Source: a virus (taxonomy: Duplodnaviria > Caudoviricetes). From it: 48,733 bases of DNA. The DNA lies in the IMG/VR virus record IMGVR_UViG_3300037483_001802, positions 1-48,733 of that record; one strand, 5' to 3'. Below the pieces are notes generated by a model that made no database searches, had not been told where the DNA came from, and was given only the letters and a program-made list of their open reading frames with translations. The translations under genes were made by a program, and so were the position numbers. This document shows positions 9,055 through 18,577 of this stretch, piece by piece (the stretch's first letter is position 1; every line of letters starts with the position of its first letter).

Positions 9055-10629
9055 ATGAAAATGTTCAATAAAGATTTTTATCCTACACCACCGGGATTGA
9101 TTCGCCGGATGCTTGCCAAGATCAGGAGTGCACCCGACAACATCCTTGAGCCTTCTGCAGGTAAAGGTGACATCGTTATGGCAATCAAGGAAAAGTATGG
9201 CCGGTATAACTATGGAGAGATTGCGGCGATTGAAAAGGATGATGATCTGCGTGCTACACTTCTTGGGAAGCAGATCAAGGTTATTGATTCTGATTTTCTC
9301 ACATTCTCCGGGCCGGATAAGTTCGATCTAATCATTGCGAACCCGCCTTTTGATGGCGGTGAGAAGCATCTGTTGAAGGCGATAGAAATTATATACCGCG
9401 GGCAGATCATCTTTTTGCTGAATGCGGAAACGATCAGGAATCCTTTTTCGAATACGAGAAAAGAGTTGGTCCGGAAACTCGGGGAGCTTGGCGCGGATAT
9501 CGAATATATAAAAAATGCGTTTGTGTCCGCTGAACGCCCTACAGGGGTTGAGATAGCGTTGATCAATATCGAGATCAAGCGGGTTGTTGAGGAGGATCTG
9601 TTTGCTGGTGTCGAAGATGCTGCCAGTGTCAAGCATGGGCTCGATGAGAAGCATGAGGTTTCTGCTGGCCTGAGTGTTCGCGAGCTGGTCGCTGAGTACA
9701 ATGACGTGGTTCAGACGTGTATTGATGCTACGATCAATTATTTCAGGAATTACAAGAAAATAGGGAGATATATAGGATTCAATAAGGATGCGGAAAAACA
9801 TACTTCCGGTTCAGATATGACCGCGATCATGCAGAAGCATGTCAATCATATTCTTGTTTCTGTCCGGAAAGATTTCTGGCGGAGAACGCTTGACCTGCGT
9901 GAAGTTAATTCAAGGCTCACAGGGAAAAAACAAAGCGAGTTTGAACATGCCATTAATCAGCGGTGCGATATGGATTTCACGGAAAATAATATCCGTCAGT
10001 TCGTGTTGAATTTGATCGGTGGGTATGAAAAAACCATCACTGAATCTGTCGTTGAAATATTTGACATGTTCACTATCCGCCACACCTTCGACGACAACAA
10101 CAGACATGAAAAGAATATCCATTATTTTAACGGGTGGAAAACTAATAAGGCATTTAAGGTTAATAGGAGGGTCGTTATCCCTATTTACGGGGGGTATGGA
10201 GGGCCTTTCGTTAGTTGGGGCAAGTGGACTTTGAGTTGGGATGCAGCGAAGACGTTGAGGGATATTGATGTGGTCATGAATTACTTTGATGGTATGCGTG
10301 AATACAGATCTTTGAGCGATTCAATCAAAACTGCTTTTTCTCTTGGGCAAAGCAGCAGCATCGAGAGCACATATTTCACGGTTACTTGTTACAAGAAGGG
10401 GACTATTCATTTCAAATTCAAAGACGAAGATATCTTGAGGCGATTCAATGTTGTTGCCTGCAAGGGGAAGGGGTGGCTCCCATGCGATTACGGGGCGAAA
10501 GGGTACGAGCAGCTTGGTTTTGATGAAAAGGCGGTTGTTGATTCTTTTGAGGGTAAAAAATCTTATGGCGAGAATATCAATAAGCCTTTGTTTGCACAGA
10601 GGGAATTGTTGATGCTTGCTGCGGCATAG
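9055..10629 (+). CDS. Amino (N6-A type) DNA methyltransferase with DUF4942-like C-terminus
   Basis: DFYPTP, ILEPSAGKG, IIANPPF, C-terminal YKKGTIH. Confidence 0.88.
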   Translation: MKMFNKDFYPTPPGLIRRMLAKIRSAPDNILEPSAGKGDIVMAIKEKYGRYNYGEIAAIEKDDDLRATLLGKQIKVIDSDFLTFSGPDKFDLIIANPPFDGGEKHLLKAIEIIYRGQIIFLLNAETIRNPFSNTRKELVRKLGELGADIEYIKNAFVSAERPTGVEIALINIEIKRVVEEDLFAGVEDAASVKHGLDEKHEVSAGLSVRELVAEYNDVVQTCIDATINYFRNYKKIGRYIGFNKDAEKHTSGSDMTAIMQKHVNHILVSVRKDFWRRTLDLREVNSRLTGKKQSEFEHAINQRCDMDFTENNIRQFVLNLIGGYEKTITESVVEIFDMFTIRHTFDDNNRHEKNIHYFNGWKTNKAFKVNRRVVIPIYGGYGGPFVSWGKWTLSWDAAKTLRDIDVVMNYFDGMREYRSLSDSIKTAFSLGQSSSIESTYFTVTCYKKGTIHFKFKDEDILRRFNVVACKGKGWLPCDYGAKGYEQLGFDEKAVVDSFEGKKSYGENINKPLFAQRELLMLAAA

Positions 10630-10640
10630 CGGGGGGGGGT

Positions 10641-11318
10641 ATGGCTTTAAATTCTTGGATAGCATGGACTGATCATACATGGAACCCTTGGCAGGGGTGT
10701 CGTAAGGTTTCACCTGGGTGCTTGAATTGCTATATGTTCAGGGACAAACATCGGTACGGTCAAGACCCTGCAACGGTGGTGCGCTCTAAGCCGAGGACGT
10801 TCAATGCGCCATTGAGATGGAAAGATCCGGCTCGCGTGTTTGTGTGTTCGTGGTCTGATTTTTTTATCGAGGATGCTGACGAATGGCGCGATGAGGCGTG
10901 GGATATCATGCGCCGGACACCGCATATCACCTACCTGCTGCTTACAAAGAGAGCAGAGAATATCAAAGACAGATTGCCTGTTGACTGGCCTTTAAGAAAC
11001 GTGTGGCTTGGCGTCACCGCAGAGGATCAGCAGCGATATGATGAGAGAGTGCATATTTTGGCAGCGATAACCGCACCTGTGAAGTTTTTGAGCGTTGAGC
11101 CAATGTTAGGACCTATTTATCTTGACTTTGACGCGGACGGTTTATGGATTATTTGCGGCGGTGAATCAGGTCCAGGTGCGCGGGAAATGAAAATAGGATG
11201 GGCTGCGAGCTTGAAAGCGCAGTGCATGGCAAACAGAAACAAGTTTTTCATGAAACAAATGTCGGGTAAAAAACCAATACCTGAATGTTTAAACCTCAGG
11301 GAATTCCCTGGTAAATAG
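10641..11318 (+). CDS. DUF5131 / phage Gp37-Gp68 family radical-SAM-like protein
   Basis: WTDHTWNPWQGCRKVSPGCLNCY, LLTKR, SVEPML, GGESG, FFMKQ. Confidence 0.92.
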   Translation: MALNSWIAWTDHTWNPWQGCRKVSPGCLNCYMFRDKHRYGQDPATVVRSKPRTFNAPLRWKDPARVFVCSWSDFFIEDADEWRDEAWDIMRRTPHITYLLLTKRAENIKDRLPVDWPLRNVWLGVTAEDQQRYDERVHILAAITAPVKFLSVEPMLGPIYLDFDADGLWIICGGESGPGAREMKIGWAASLKAQCMANRNKFFMKQMSGKKPIPECLNLREFPGK

Positions 11319-11331
11319 AGGAAAGTATAAG

Positions 11332-12318
11332 ATGAAGATAAGAGATATCGCTGTTGGTCGGAAAGACATGTTTATGATTGACCCAAAAATATTAAAGGTC
11401 AAGTCTGGGTGGAATGCGAGAATAGCGGGAGTTGATCTTGATGAGCATATCCAGGGCCTGAAAAATTCCATCAAAGAGATCGGGGTGCAGCAGCCGTTGA
11501 CTATCTTTATGGAAGGGGATGAAGTGTTCGTTACGGACGGGCATTGCCGTCTTCAGGCAACGTTGCTGGCAATCGAGGAAGGGGCGGAGATTGCGGCGGT
11601 GCCGTGCAAACCGGAAGAGCGGTATTCTAACGAAGCTGACCGGGTGTTGTCTATGGTGATCCGTAATTCTGGCAAGCCATTGACGATGCTTGAGCAGGCG
11701 GATGTGGTGAAAAGGCTTTTGTCATTCGGTTGGGAAGCGAAGACGGTTGCCCAAAAAACAGGGTATTCCGGGCAGCATGTAGCGAACCTGATTGTATTGG
11801 CTGGGGCTGATGAACAGATGCGGTCACAGATTGCCAAAAGTATGATTTCCGCGTCTCTTGCGGTTGATCTGTTGAAACACCATGGGGATGACGCGGGCGA
11901 GTTGGTCAGCAATGTTATTGAGGAAACGGGGAAGAAGTTCACCAAAAAGCATCAGGCAGTTGCCGGTGATGACGGTGGGGAGACGCCGCTTGAAAAAGCC
12001 CATCGGGTCATGAGGGAAAAAAGGGCGGCGGGAGAAGTTGAAAGGCTGTCACCTGTTGAGAAGGCAAAGCAGAATCCAAAGTCAATGCGGTTAGCGATCA
12101 ATGCGAATTGCTCAACGTGTGTTGAGTCGCGGAAGGATATCACCAATTGCAACATGGTGGATGGCTGTCCGTTTTGGTATCTGCGACCGTATCAGCGGGA
12201 AGATGTCAATGCAGAGATTCTGCAGAAAGGGAAGGAGCCGGTCGCAGGGTCTTCTTTCGGCATTGATGATCTTGATTTTTCCGGCGACGTTGCGGGAGGA
12301 GATGAAAGCGATGAGTGA
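11332..12318 (+). CDS. ParB-like protein with HTH and C-terminal Cys motif
   Basis: SIKEIGVQQPL, TDGHCRL, HTH region, CSTC..C..CP. Confidence 0.8.
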   Translation: MKIRDIAVGRKDMFMIDPKILKVKSGWNARIAGVDLDEHIQGLKNSIKEIGVQQPLTIFMEGDEVFVTDGHCRLQATLLAIEEGAEIAAVPCKPEERYSNEADRVLSMVIRNSGKPLTMLEQADVVKRLLSFGWEAKTVAQKTGYSGQHVANLIVLAGADEQMRSQIAKSMISASLAVDLLKHHGDDAGELVSNVIEETGKKFTKKHQAVAGDDGGETPLEKAHRVMREKRAAGEVERLSPVEKAKQNPKSMRLAINANCSTCVESRKDITNCNMVDGCPFWYLRPYQREDVNAEILQKGKEPVAGSSFGIDDLDFSGDVAGGDESDE

Positions 12319-12496
12319 GGGGGAAAATAAAGGTGAAATGATCAAAAATGCCTACGATATGCAGCTCGGAGATCTTGCGAGGCTGGTCTTGCGTGGTTCA
12401 TTCACGCCTGGCGTTCATGATGCGGTTTTGCTTGGTAGGTGCGATGATGTCGATGATGAAGGAGGCTGTCGAAAATGTCTAATTCTAAAAAAATGA
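12311..12496 (+). CDS. Hypothetical protein
   Basis: GGAGGA RBS; overlaps both neighbours. Confidence 0.5.
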   Translation: MSEGENKGEMIKNAYDMQLGDLARLVLRGSFTPGVHDAVLLGRCDDVDDEGGCRKCLILKK

Positions 12497-12882
12497 AGAT
12501 GAAAAAGAGTGAAATAAAATCAACCATCGGGAAAGCGGTCAAGGCTTCAGCGAAGATCAGGGCGATGCTGGCTGAAGTTGACAAGTTGAGGTCCGATGCT
12601 CAAAAACTTCTTGATGTCATGGCGAAGAAGACTTGCCCTTATGAAAAAGGCCAGATGTTCAGAAAGAAAGGGTCTAATATCTGGGCTAAGATGGTGGGTG
12701 TCACTGCTGTGCAGATGCGCCATGGAGTTCAGATTTTTAATGATGAGAAATGTGTTGCCGCCCCATTTACGGTCGATTGCCACAGGTGTAGCGTGAAAGG
12801 GGCGGTGCAGAAAGATAAATGGATTTTCATACAAGGCTATAAGATCGGTTCAGAATGGGAAGTTGTTGATTCTGGAAAATAA
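12493..12882 (+). CDS. Hypothetical protein
   Basis: ATGA overlap, operon context. Confidence 0.6.
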   Translation: MKMKKSEIKSTIGKAVKASAKIRAMLAEVDKLRSDAQKLLDVMAKKTCPYEKGQMFRKKGSNIWAKMVGVTAVQMRHGVQIFNDEKCVAAPFTVDCHRCSVKGAVQKDKWIFIQGYKIGSEWEVVDSGK

Positions 12883-12910
12883 AATAATCATCAATTCTGA
12901 AGAGTAAATT

Positions 12911-13366
12911 ATGATACACGCAAGACGTGATTACATGCACATCCAAGATTCTAGCGGGAAGATCGGAAAAGATGAGCCTGTGTTTCTGCTGCGAGCGAAG
13001 GATGCTATAGCCCCGCGCACGCTCAGGTTTTGGGCAGATGATCTTGAACGCATTGGCGGTGATCCTGTCGCGATAGATACCGTGCGGGAACATGCGAAAT
13101 TAATGGAGCATTGGCAGCGGAATAATGATTGCAAGCTGCCTGATACGCCTCCCGAGGAAGTTGCCGTGCCGGGGGGCATGAGCGGTTTGGCGGATGGGTT
13201 GCCAGTTGTGGAACAAAAGGATATTTCATCCCTGCGCCAAATGGTTAATGGTGCAAAGGTGTTGCAAAAAGAACCGCATCGACTGAAGTGGAACCCTGAT
13301 GGCTATTGGCTTGATGGCGTGTTGGTCGTTGATCTGGAAACCGCGTTTCATCTTGCGGGTACATAA
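12911..13366 (+). CDS. Hypothetical phage protein (DEPVFLLRAKD family)
   Basis: Recurrent phage motif. Confidence 0.75.
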   Translation: MIHARRDYMHIQDSSGKIGKDEPVFLLRAKDAIAPRTLRFWADDLERIGGDPVAIDTVREHAKLMEHWQRNNDCKLPDTPPEEVAVPGGMSGLADGLPVVEQKDISSLRQMVNGAKVLQKEPHRLKWNPDGYWLDGVLVVDLETAFHLAGT

Positions 13367-13399
13367 AGAAAATATTACAAAGTAGTTTTTTTTGGGGGG

Positions 13400-13426
13400 G
13401 CCACACTTCGGTGTGGCTTTTTTTTT
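13400..13426 (+). terminator. Rho-independent terminator
   Basis: GCCACAC-TTCG-GTGTGGC followed by T9. Confidence 0.92.
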
Positions 13427-13442
13427 GTGTTGTCACGTCTGA

Positions 13443-13483
13443 TTGACTTTACTTGTCAAGTAAATTATTATCCATGAGTAATA
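13443..13483 (+). promoter_or_regulatory. Promoter of the modification/packaging operon, overlapped by the operator
   Basis: TTGACT-17-TATTAT; TATTATCCATGAGTAATA at 13466-13483, identical to 7273. Confidence 0.75.
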
Positions 13484-13518
13484 AGTTTTCTCTTATTTAT
13501 TTTTTAGAGGGCGGAGAT

Positions 13519-14187
13519 ATGAAAATTGAAATGGTTGCAGTAAAGGATTTGATCCCTTACGCGACGAATGCACGGACACATAGTGATGAGCAGGTTGAGC
13601 AGCTTGCTAGATGCATCACTGAATTCGGGTTCAATAATCCGGTGTTGATTGACCCTGATAACGGAATCATTGCTGGACATGGGAGGTTGTTGGCGGCGGT
13701 CAAGTTGGGCATGAATAAGATTCCATGTATTCGGTTGTCGCATCTTTCTGAAGTCCAGAAACGGGCGTTCATTATCGCTGACAACAAGATGCCGGAGTTG
13801 GCGGGGTGGAATGACGAGCTGCTTGCGGCAGAATTGGAACGGCTGAATGAGGATCAGTTCGACATCGAAATGATCGGTTTTTCCAAAAAAGAACTTGACG
13901 ATTTGTTGAGTGAAGATTTGGGGGGCGCAGGGTCTTCCGGATCTGGCGGAATGATTGAACAGGCGATTCAGTTGAAACCGCCGAAAGAATATATATTGGT
14001 GGTTTGCGACGGCGGTGAATATGAGTTTGACAAGTTGAAAGAGATTTTCAATCTGCAACCTGTTCGGCGCGGTGGTTATAAAGTCGGCTCGTCTTTTGAT
14101 GCGGTTGGGATGCAGCGTGTTGTTAAGGCGGATCATGTGATTTCTATTTTTAACGGTGGGAATGATGATAGTTGCAATCCCGAGTAA
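13519..14187 (+). CDS. ParB/Srx N-terminal domain protein with unknown C-terminal domain
   Basis: LIPYATNARTH, FGFNNPVLID, AGHGRL, IADNK; GGAGA RBS; no methylase motifs. Confidence 0.85.
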   Translation: MKIEMVAVKDLIPYATNARTHSDEQVEQLARCITEFGFNNPVLIDPDNGIIAGHGRLLAAVKLGMNKIPCIRLSHLSEVQKRAFIIADNKMPELAGWNDELLAAELERLNEDQFDIEMIGFSKKELDDLLSEDLGGAGSSGSGGMIEQAIQLKPPKEYILVVCDGGEYEFDKLKEIFNLQPVRRGGYKVGSSFDAVGMQRVVKADHVISIFNGGNDDSCNPE

Positions 14188-14881
14188 GGGCAGGGCGGGG
14201 AAGATCAAGAGCCAAAAGCTTATAACTTCCGCATTTGTTTATGTGCCTGAAAATGAGGTTGAGGCTTACGAAAAAGGAGGGGCGGTAAATGTCGTTGGTG
14301 TCCCTCTTTCCGTCAGGGGGATAACGCCTACTCGCAACTGGATTCTGGATAATGTTGATGATCCGTGGGTTGTCATGATTGACGATGATCTTCAGATTTG
14401 CGGGTGGTGTGAGATGTTGGAGGTCAAGGGGAAGCACCGCAAGTTGACGGAAGGTGAATGGATTGGAGAATGGGAAAAGTTATTTGAAGTCACTGAGGGC
14501 TTGGGATATCGGGTATGGGGTACGTCAACGGACGGTGCGCTGAGGTCGATTTATCCGTATAAGCCTTTTCTTTTTCAGTCATATGTTACCGCGTCTTGTA
14601 TGGGGATCATCAATAGTTCAGGGATTCGGTTCGATGAGAAATTCACGGTCAAAGAAGATTATGAGATTTGTTTGAGATGCGTGAAGGAGGATGGCGGCGT
14701 GGTCGCGGCTCGTTATCTGTATTGGGTTAATTCCCATTGGAAGGACGAGGGCGGGTGCAAGGATTACCGGACTAAGGCGGTTGAGAGGAAGGCTATTATT
14801 GATCTTCAAAGGATGTATCCGGGGCAGGTTTATTATGCTGAGGATAGAAAAGGCGAGTTCTGTATTGGTCTTAATTTCTAA
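14162..14881 (+). CDS. GT-A fold glycosyltransferase (GREB1/TET-associated GT-like)
   Basis: IAIPSKGR-like start, TRNWILD, MIDDD, KEDYE, GGC. Confidence 0.75.
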   Translation: MMIVAIPSKGRAGKIKSQKLITSAFVYVPENEVEAYEKGGAVNVVGVPLSVRGITPTRNWILDNVDDPWVVMIDDDLQICGWCEMLEVKGKHRKLTEGEWIGEWEKLFEVTEGLGYRVWGTSTDGALRSIYPYKPFLFQSYVTASCMGIINSSGIRFDEKFTVKEDYEICLRCVKEDGGVVAARYLYWVNSHWKDEGGCKDYRTKAVERKAIIDLQRMYPGQVYYAEDRKGEFCIGLNF

Positions 14882-14914
14882 TTCCGGGGAAACACACTTC
14901 AAAGGGTTCTGGCC

Positions 14915-15529
14915 ATGGGCAAGGTAAAGAGGGACGTTGATAAAAAATATTGTGGGGCGAAGGCGAAGCATACGGGTAAGCCGTGCAGGAATCCGCCTTT
15001 GCCGAATGGGAGGTGTAAGTTCCATGGCGGAATGTCTACGGGTGCGAAAGATAAAAGTAAGTTGATGGGGAATAAGAAGGCGGTGAAGCATGGGTTTTAT
15101 GCGGTCGGTCTTCTTCCTGGGGAAGGTGAGCTTTACGAGAAGGTGAACATTGGCGATCTTGAAGAAGAGATTAGGATGGGGAAAATCAGATTGCGCCGGT
15201 TGTATGGTGCTCAGGCTCAATGGTTGCGGCAGAAAGCGGAGGGGCGTGAAGAGCTGGAGCTTGTCGAGGCTGAGCTTAACGGCGTTGCGGTCGAGGGTGG
15301 AGATCAGCGGCTTGCCGGCAGGATTAAGCGGATCAGGAGGAAGCATGATTTTGAGGCGGAAATTCGTGCGGCGGAAAGGGGTTTGAGTAGCCTAATGATC
15401 CGCAGTGCTCAGCTCAAAGAGTTGTCGAAAGGCGACGGTGACATGGACGCTTTGCGGGCGGCGATCCGGAAAGACCTTGGCATCTGGTCTGCGGATAACG
15501 AGAGCGGCGGGAAAAATGACGGAGATTGA
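14915..15529 (+). CDS. Terminase small subunit (HGGxSTG type)
   Basis: CGAK..GRCKFHGGMSTG, GNKKAVKHGFY; precedes TerL. Confidence 0.85.
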   Translation: MGKVKRDVDKKYCGAKAKHTGKPCRNPPLPNGRCKFHGGMSTGAKDKSKLMGNKKAVKHGFYAVGLLPGEGELYEKVNIGDLEEEIRMGKIRLRRLYGAQAQWLRQKAEGREELELVEAELNGVAVEGGDQRLAGRIKRIRRKHDFEAEIRAAERGLSSLMIRSAQLKELSKGDGDMDALRAAIRKDLGIWSADNESGGKNDGD

Positions 15530-16823
15530 TTATTGCAGCAACAAAATGCTGCAAATAAATTGCGGATTCACGAAACGGTGGGCCGAGCTGCGGGAGCATG
15601 AGAAGCAGTCTCGGCTTATTGTTTCTCCGAAGCGGTTTATTGTCCTGCCTTGCGGGCGGCGATCCGGAAAGACGGAGATCGGTAAGAGGAAACTCGTTCA
15701 ACATCTGGCGTTTGATTTTTTCATTAACAAGCTTCCGTGGGATGATTGCCGGTATTTCGCGGCGGCTCCCACCCGTGACCAGGCGAAAAGGATTTATTGG
15801 AATGACTTGAAGGCTATGGTGCCCGATGCATGGGTAAAGCGGAAATATGATGGAGATTTGTGTATTGTCACGAAGTGGGGATCTGAGTTGTGGGTTTTGG
15901 GTTTGGATAAACCTGCGAGGATTGAGGGTACCCCGTGGAACGGCGGCGTTTTGGACGAATACGCCAATATGAAGCAGGAGGCATGGAAAGAGAATGTCCG
16001 GCCTGCTTTGTCTGATAGGCGCGGTTGGTGTTGGTTGATCGGCGTGCCGGAAGGACGTAATCATTATTTTCTTTTGTGGCAGAAGGCTATTTCCGGATTA
16101 GACCCTGAGTGGGGCGGGTTCACGTGGAAAAGTTCAGAGATATTGGCGGCGGAGGAGATCGAGGCGGCGAAGCGGGATCTTGATGAAAGGACTTATCTGC
16201 AGGAGTATGAGGGGGATTTTGTCGAGCAGGCGGGTATTGCGTATTATGCTTTTAATCGGCTGGTGAATGTGCGTCCTGTCTCTGCGCCGAAGCTGAACCG
16301 TAAGGAAAGGACGGTAATCAATGTTGGTATGGATTTCAATGTGGCGAAGATGTGCGCGTGTTTTGCGGACTTAAACCTTCAGGTATTCGGAGAGTTAGCC
16401 TTGAGGAATTCAAACACGCCTGAGATGGCGAAAGCGATCAATGAGAAATTCCCAAGCGGTGATTATCGGGTGGTGGTGTGGCCTGATGCTACAGGTAAGA
16501 ATCGGGATTCAACGAGTTCGAAAACTGACCATCAGATTTTGCGGGATATTGGGTTTGAGGTGATGACGCGGAATTCTAACCCATTGGTTAAAGACCGGGT
16601 CAATACTACGAATTCTGTTTTCAAGAACGCGGCGGGGGAAATATGGACCTATGTTGACCCGTCATGTCGGGAGTTGATCGAGGATTGTGAGTTGGTCGTA
16701 TGGAAAAACGGGGATCTTGACGGGTCTGATAAGGAGCGTACCCATATGTCGGATGCGTTCGGATATATGACTTACGGTGTTAAGCCTATGCTTGGCGGCG
16801 GGAGTCGGGGAATACAATATTAA
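15516..16823 (+). CDS. Terminase large subunit
   Basis: GRRSGKT, APTRDQAK, VLDE, QEYEG, GMDFN, HMSDAFGY. Confidence 0.95.
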   Translation: MTEIDYCSNKMLQINCGFTKRWAELREHEKQSRLIVSPKRFIVLPCGRRSGKTEIGKRKLVQHLAFDFFINKLPWDDCRYFAAAPTRDQAKRIYWNDLKAMVPDAWVKRKYDGDLCIVTKWGSELWVLGLDKPARIEGTPWNGGVLDEYANMKQEAWKENVRPALSDRRGWCWLIGVPEGRNHYFLLWQKAISGLDPEWGGFTWKSSEILAAEEIEAAKRDLDERTYLQEYEGDFVEQAGIAYYAFNRLVNVRPVSAPKLNRKERTVINVGMDFNVAKMCACFADLNLQVFGELALRNSNTPEMAKAINEKFPSGDYRVVVWPDATGKNRDSTSSKTDHQILRDIGFEVMTRNSNPLVKDRVNTTNSVFKNAAGEIWTYVDPSCRELIEDCELVVWKNGDLDGSDKERTHMSDAFGYMTYGVKPMLGGGSRGIQY

Positions 16824-16835
16824 GGGGTTATTTTT

Positions 16836-18248
16836 ATGGGAACTGTGAAGATCGAGAATCACCCGGAGTATGCGGGCCGCGCGGCTGATTACGCATATTA
16901 CCGGGATCATTTTGAAGGTGGTCGCGATTATGCGAACAAATCAGATAAGTATATTCCTAAATTTTCTCTGGAGAGTGATGATTCATATAAGAATAGAAAA
17001 GACCGGGCTGTTTATATCAATTATTGCGAGACGGTAATATCTATCTACCAGGGGGCTATCTGGAAGAGAGCACCGACGCGGGTGCTGCCTGATAATCTTG
17101 CTGAGCTTGCCGATGATATCGATTTGCTCAATACTTCGGCTGATGACTTCTTCCAGGGGGTCACGGAACAGGCGCAGGCGGTCGGGATGCATTTTGTCAT
17201 GGTTGATGCGCCTGTCCGGGTTGAAGGCGTTACTGTAGGCGATGCGAAAAAGGCGAAGTTGCGGCCTTATGTCGTTGGGATTCCTGCGGAGAACGTTAAG
17301 GCGTGGTCTATCGAGATGAAGGACCCTGGGCGGATCGGACAGTTTAATTTTCTGGTGATCGAGGAAGACTTTTACTCGGGAGAATCCCCGGATAAAAATA
17401 TGGTCAAGATTACACAAGCCCGCGTCTTGTACCCTGATAGGTGGGAGTTGTACCAGAAGGAGGGTGGGGGTTACACTCTGATTGAGAGCGGAGAGAATTC
17501 TATTGGTGAGGTTGCCGTTGTCCCTTTCTATGGTCGGCGGCGCGGTTTTTTTGACGGCGAAAGTGATTTGAAGGAGATAGCCCCTTTGGCGCAGAAAATC
17601 GCTAATTGGGTGTCGTGGCTCGATGAGGATATGCTGTATCATGCGGTGCGGCAGTTGGTTATCAAGACAAATGCTGATATTGACCAGATTGGTATAGGGT
17701 CAAATCGTGCGATCAAGCTTTTACCAGACGAGGGGGAAGACGCATTTATTTTGGAGAGTACCGGCGCGGCTTCATCTGAGTTATGGTCATCGGTGGTCAA
17801 GTTGCAGGATTTGATTTTCCGGCTTGCTACAAACCAGATTGCCAGCGTGAAGGAAACGGCGCAAGTCGAGTCTGCCGAGAAGAAGAAGGCGGACTACAAA
17901 GAGCTTGTAAGCCTGTTGTTGAAAAAGTCCGGGTCTTTTGAAAGATCAGAGCGGAAGGTGTGGGAGTTGATGGCGAGGTTTGCGGGGTCTGAGAGCGCGG
18001 ATGTCGGCGTGTCTTATCACCGGGAATTTGAGATTACCGAGCGGACGGTGGAGGAATGGCGGTTGATGATCGATGCGGGTATATTATCGGTCCTTGATTG
18101 GTTCATGGCCGAGAACCAAACGGTTACTGACGCGGAAGAGGCGGAAAAGATGTTGAAGGCTAATTTGCAGCTCCGGGCGTTGGTCAATGATAAGGTCGGC
18201 CTGGGAGATATGCTGAACGGTAATAGTGACGGCGGCGGGGACGAATGA
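16836..18248 (+). CDS. Portal protein (SPP1/DUF4055-like)
   Basis: Follows TerL, 470 aa, Y..R..RA.Y.N, HFVMVD, NSIGEVAVVPFY. Confidence 0.88.
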   Translation: MGTVKIENHPEYAGRAADYAYYRDHFEGGRDYANKSDKYIPKFSLESDDSYKNRKDRAVYINYCETVISIYQGAIWKRAPTRVLPDNLAELADDIDLLNTSADDFFQGVTEQAQAVGMHFVMVDAPVRVEGVTVGDAKKAKLRPYVVGIPAENVKAWSIEMKDPGRIGQFNFLVIEEDFYSGESPDKNMVKITQARVLYPDRWELYQKEGGGYTLIESGENSIGEVAVVPFYGRRRGFFDGESDLKEIAPLAQKIANWVSWLDEDMLYHAVRQLVIKTNADIDQIGIGSNRAIKLLPDEGEDAFILESTGAASSELWSSVVKLQDLIFRLATNQIASVKETAQVESAEKKKADYKELVSLLLKKSGSFERSERKVWELMARFAGSESADVGVSYHREFEITERTVEEWRLMIDAGILSVLDWFMAENQTVTDAEEAEKMLKANLQLRALVNDKVGLGDMLNGNSDGGGDE

Positions 18249-18277
18249 GCCCAGCTGATTGATATTAACTGACGAAT

Positions 18278-18295
18278 TATGATCCATGGGTTATA
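18278..18295. promoter_or_regulatory. CATG-centred operator-like site
   Basis: TATGATCCATGGGTTATA in the 50-bp gap after the portal gene. Confidence 0.65.
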
Positions 18296-18298
18296 GAT

Positions 18299-18577
18299 AT
18301 GGCGGATAAGCAGAGTCAATTTGAGCTTGAAATTGCGAAGAAGCTTAACAAGCATTTGGATGATCAGGAAAAATTACAGGATGAAACGAAGGATTGGTTT
18401 CAGGAGTGGTTTGCGAAAAATCTTAATCCTATTGCGCTTGCAAATGAGCCGGACAAGTATCTTGACGAGATGGGGGAAAAGGCTATGGCTGCTTTCCGCG
18501 TCAAGTTTCTTCCAGAGGTTGAGAAAATTGGAAGCGAGTTCGGGAAATCAATTTATGAAAAGGCGGTGAAAAAATGA
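18299..18577 (+). CDS. Hypothetical helical protein, possibly head-associated
   Basis: ORF after the portal; ATGA overlap with the next gene. Confidence 0.65.
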   Translation: MADKQSQFELEIAKKLNKHLDDQEKLQDETKDWFQEWFAKNLNPIALANEPDKYLDEMGEKAMAAFRVKFLPEVEKIGSEFGKSIYEKAVKK

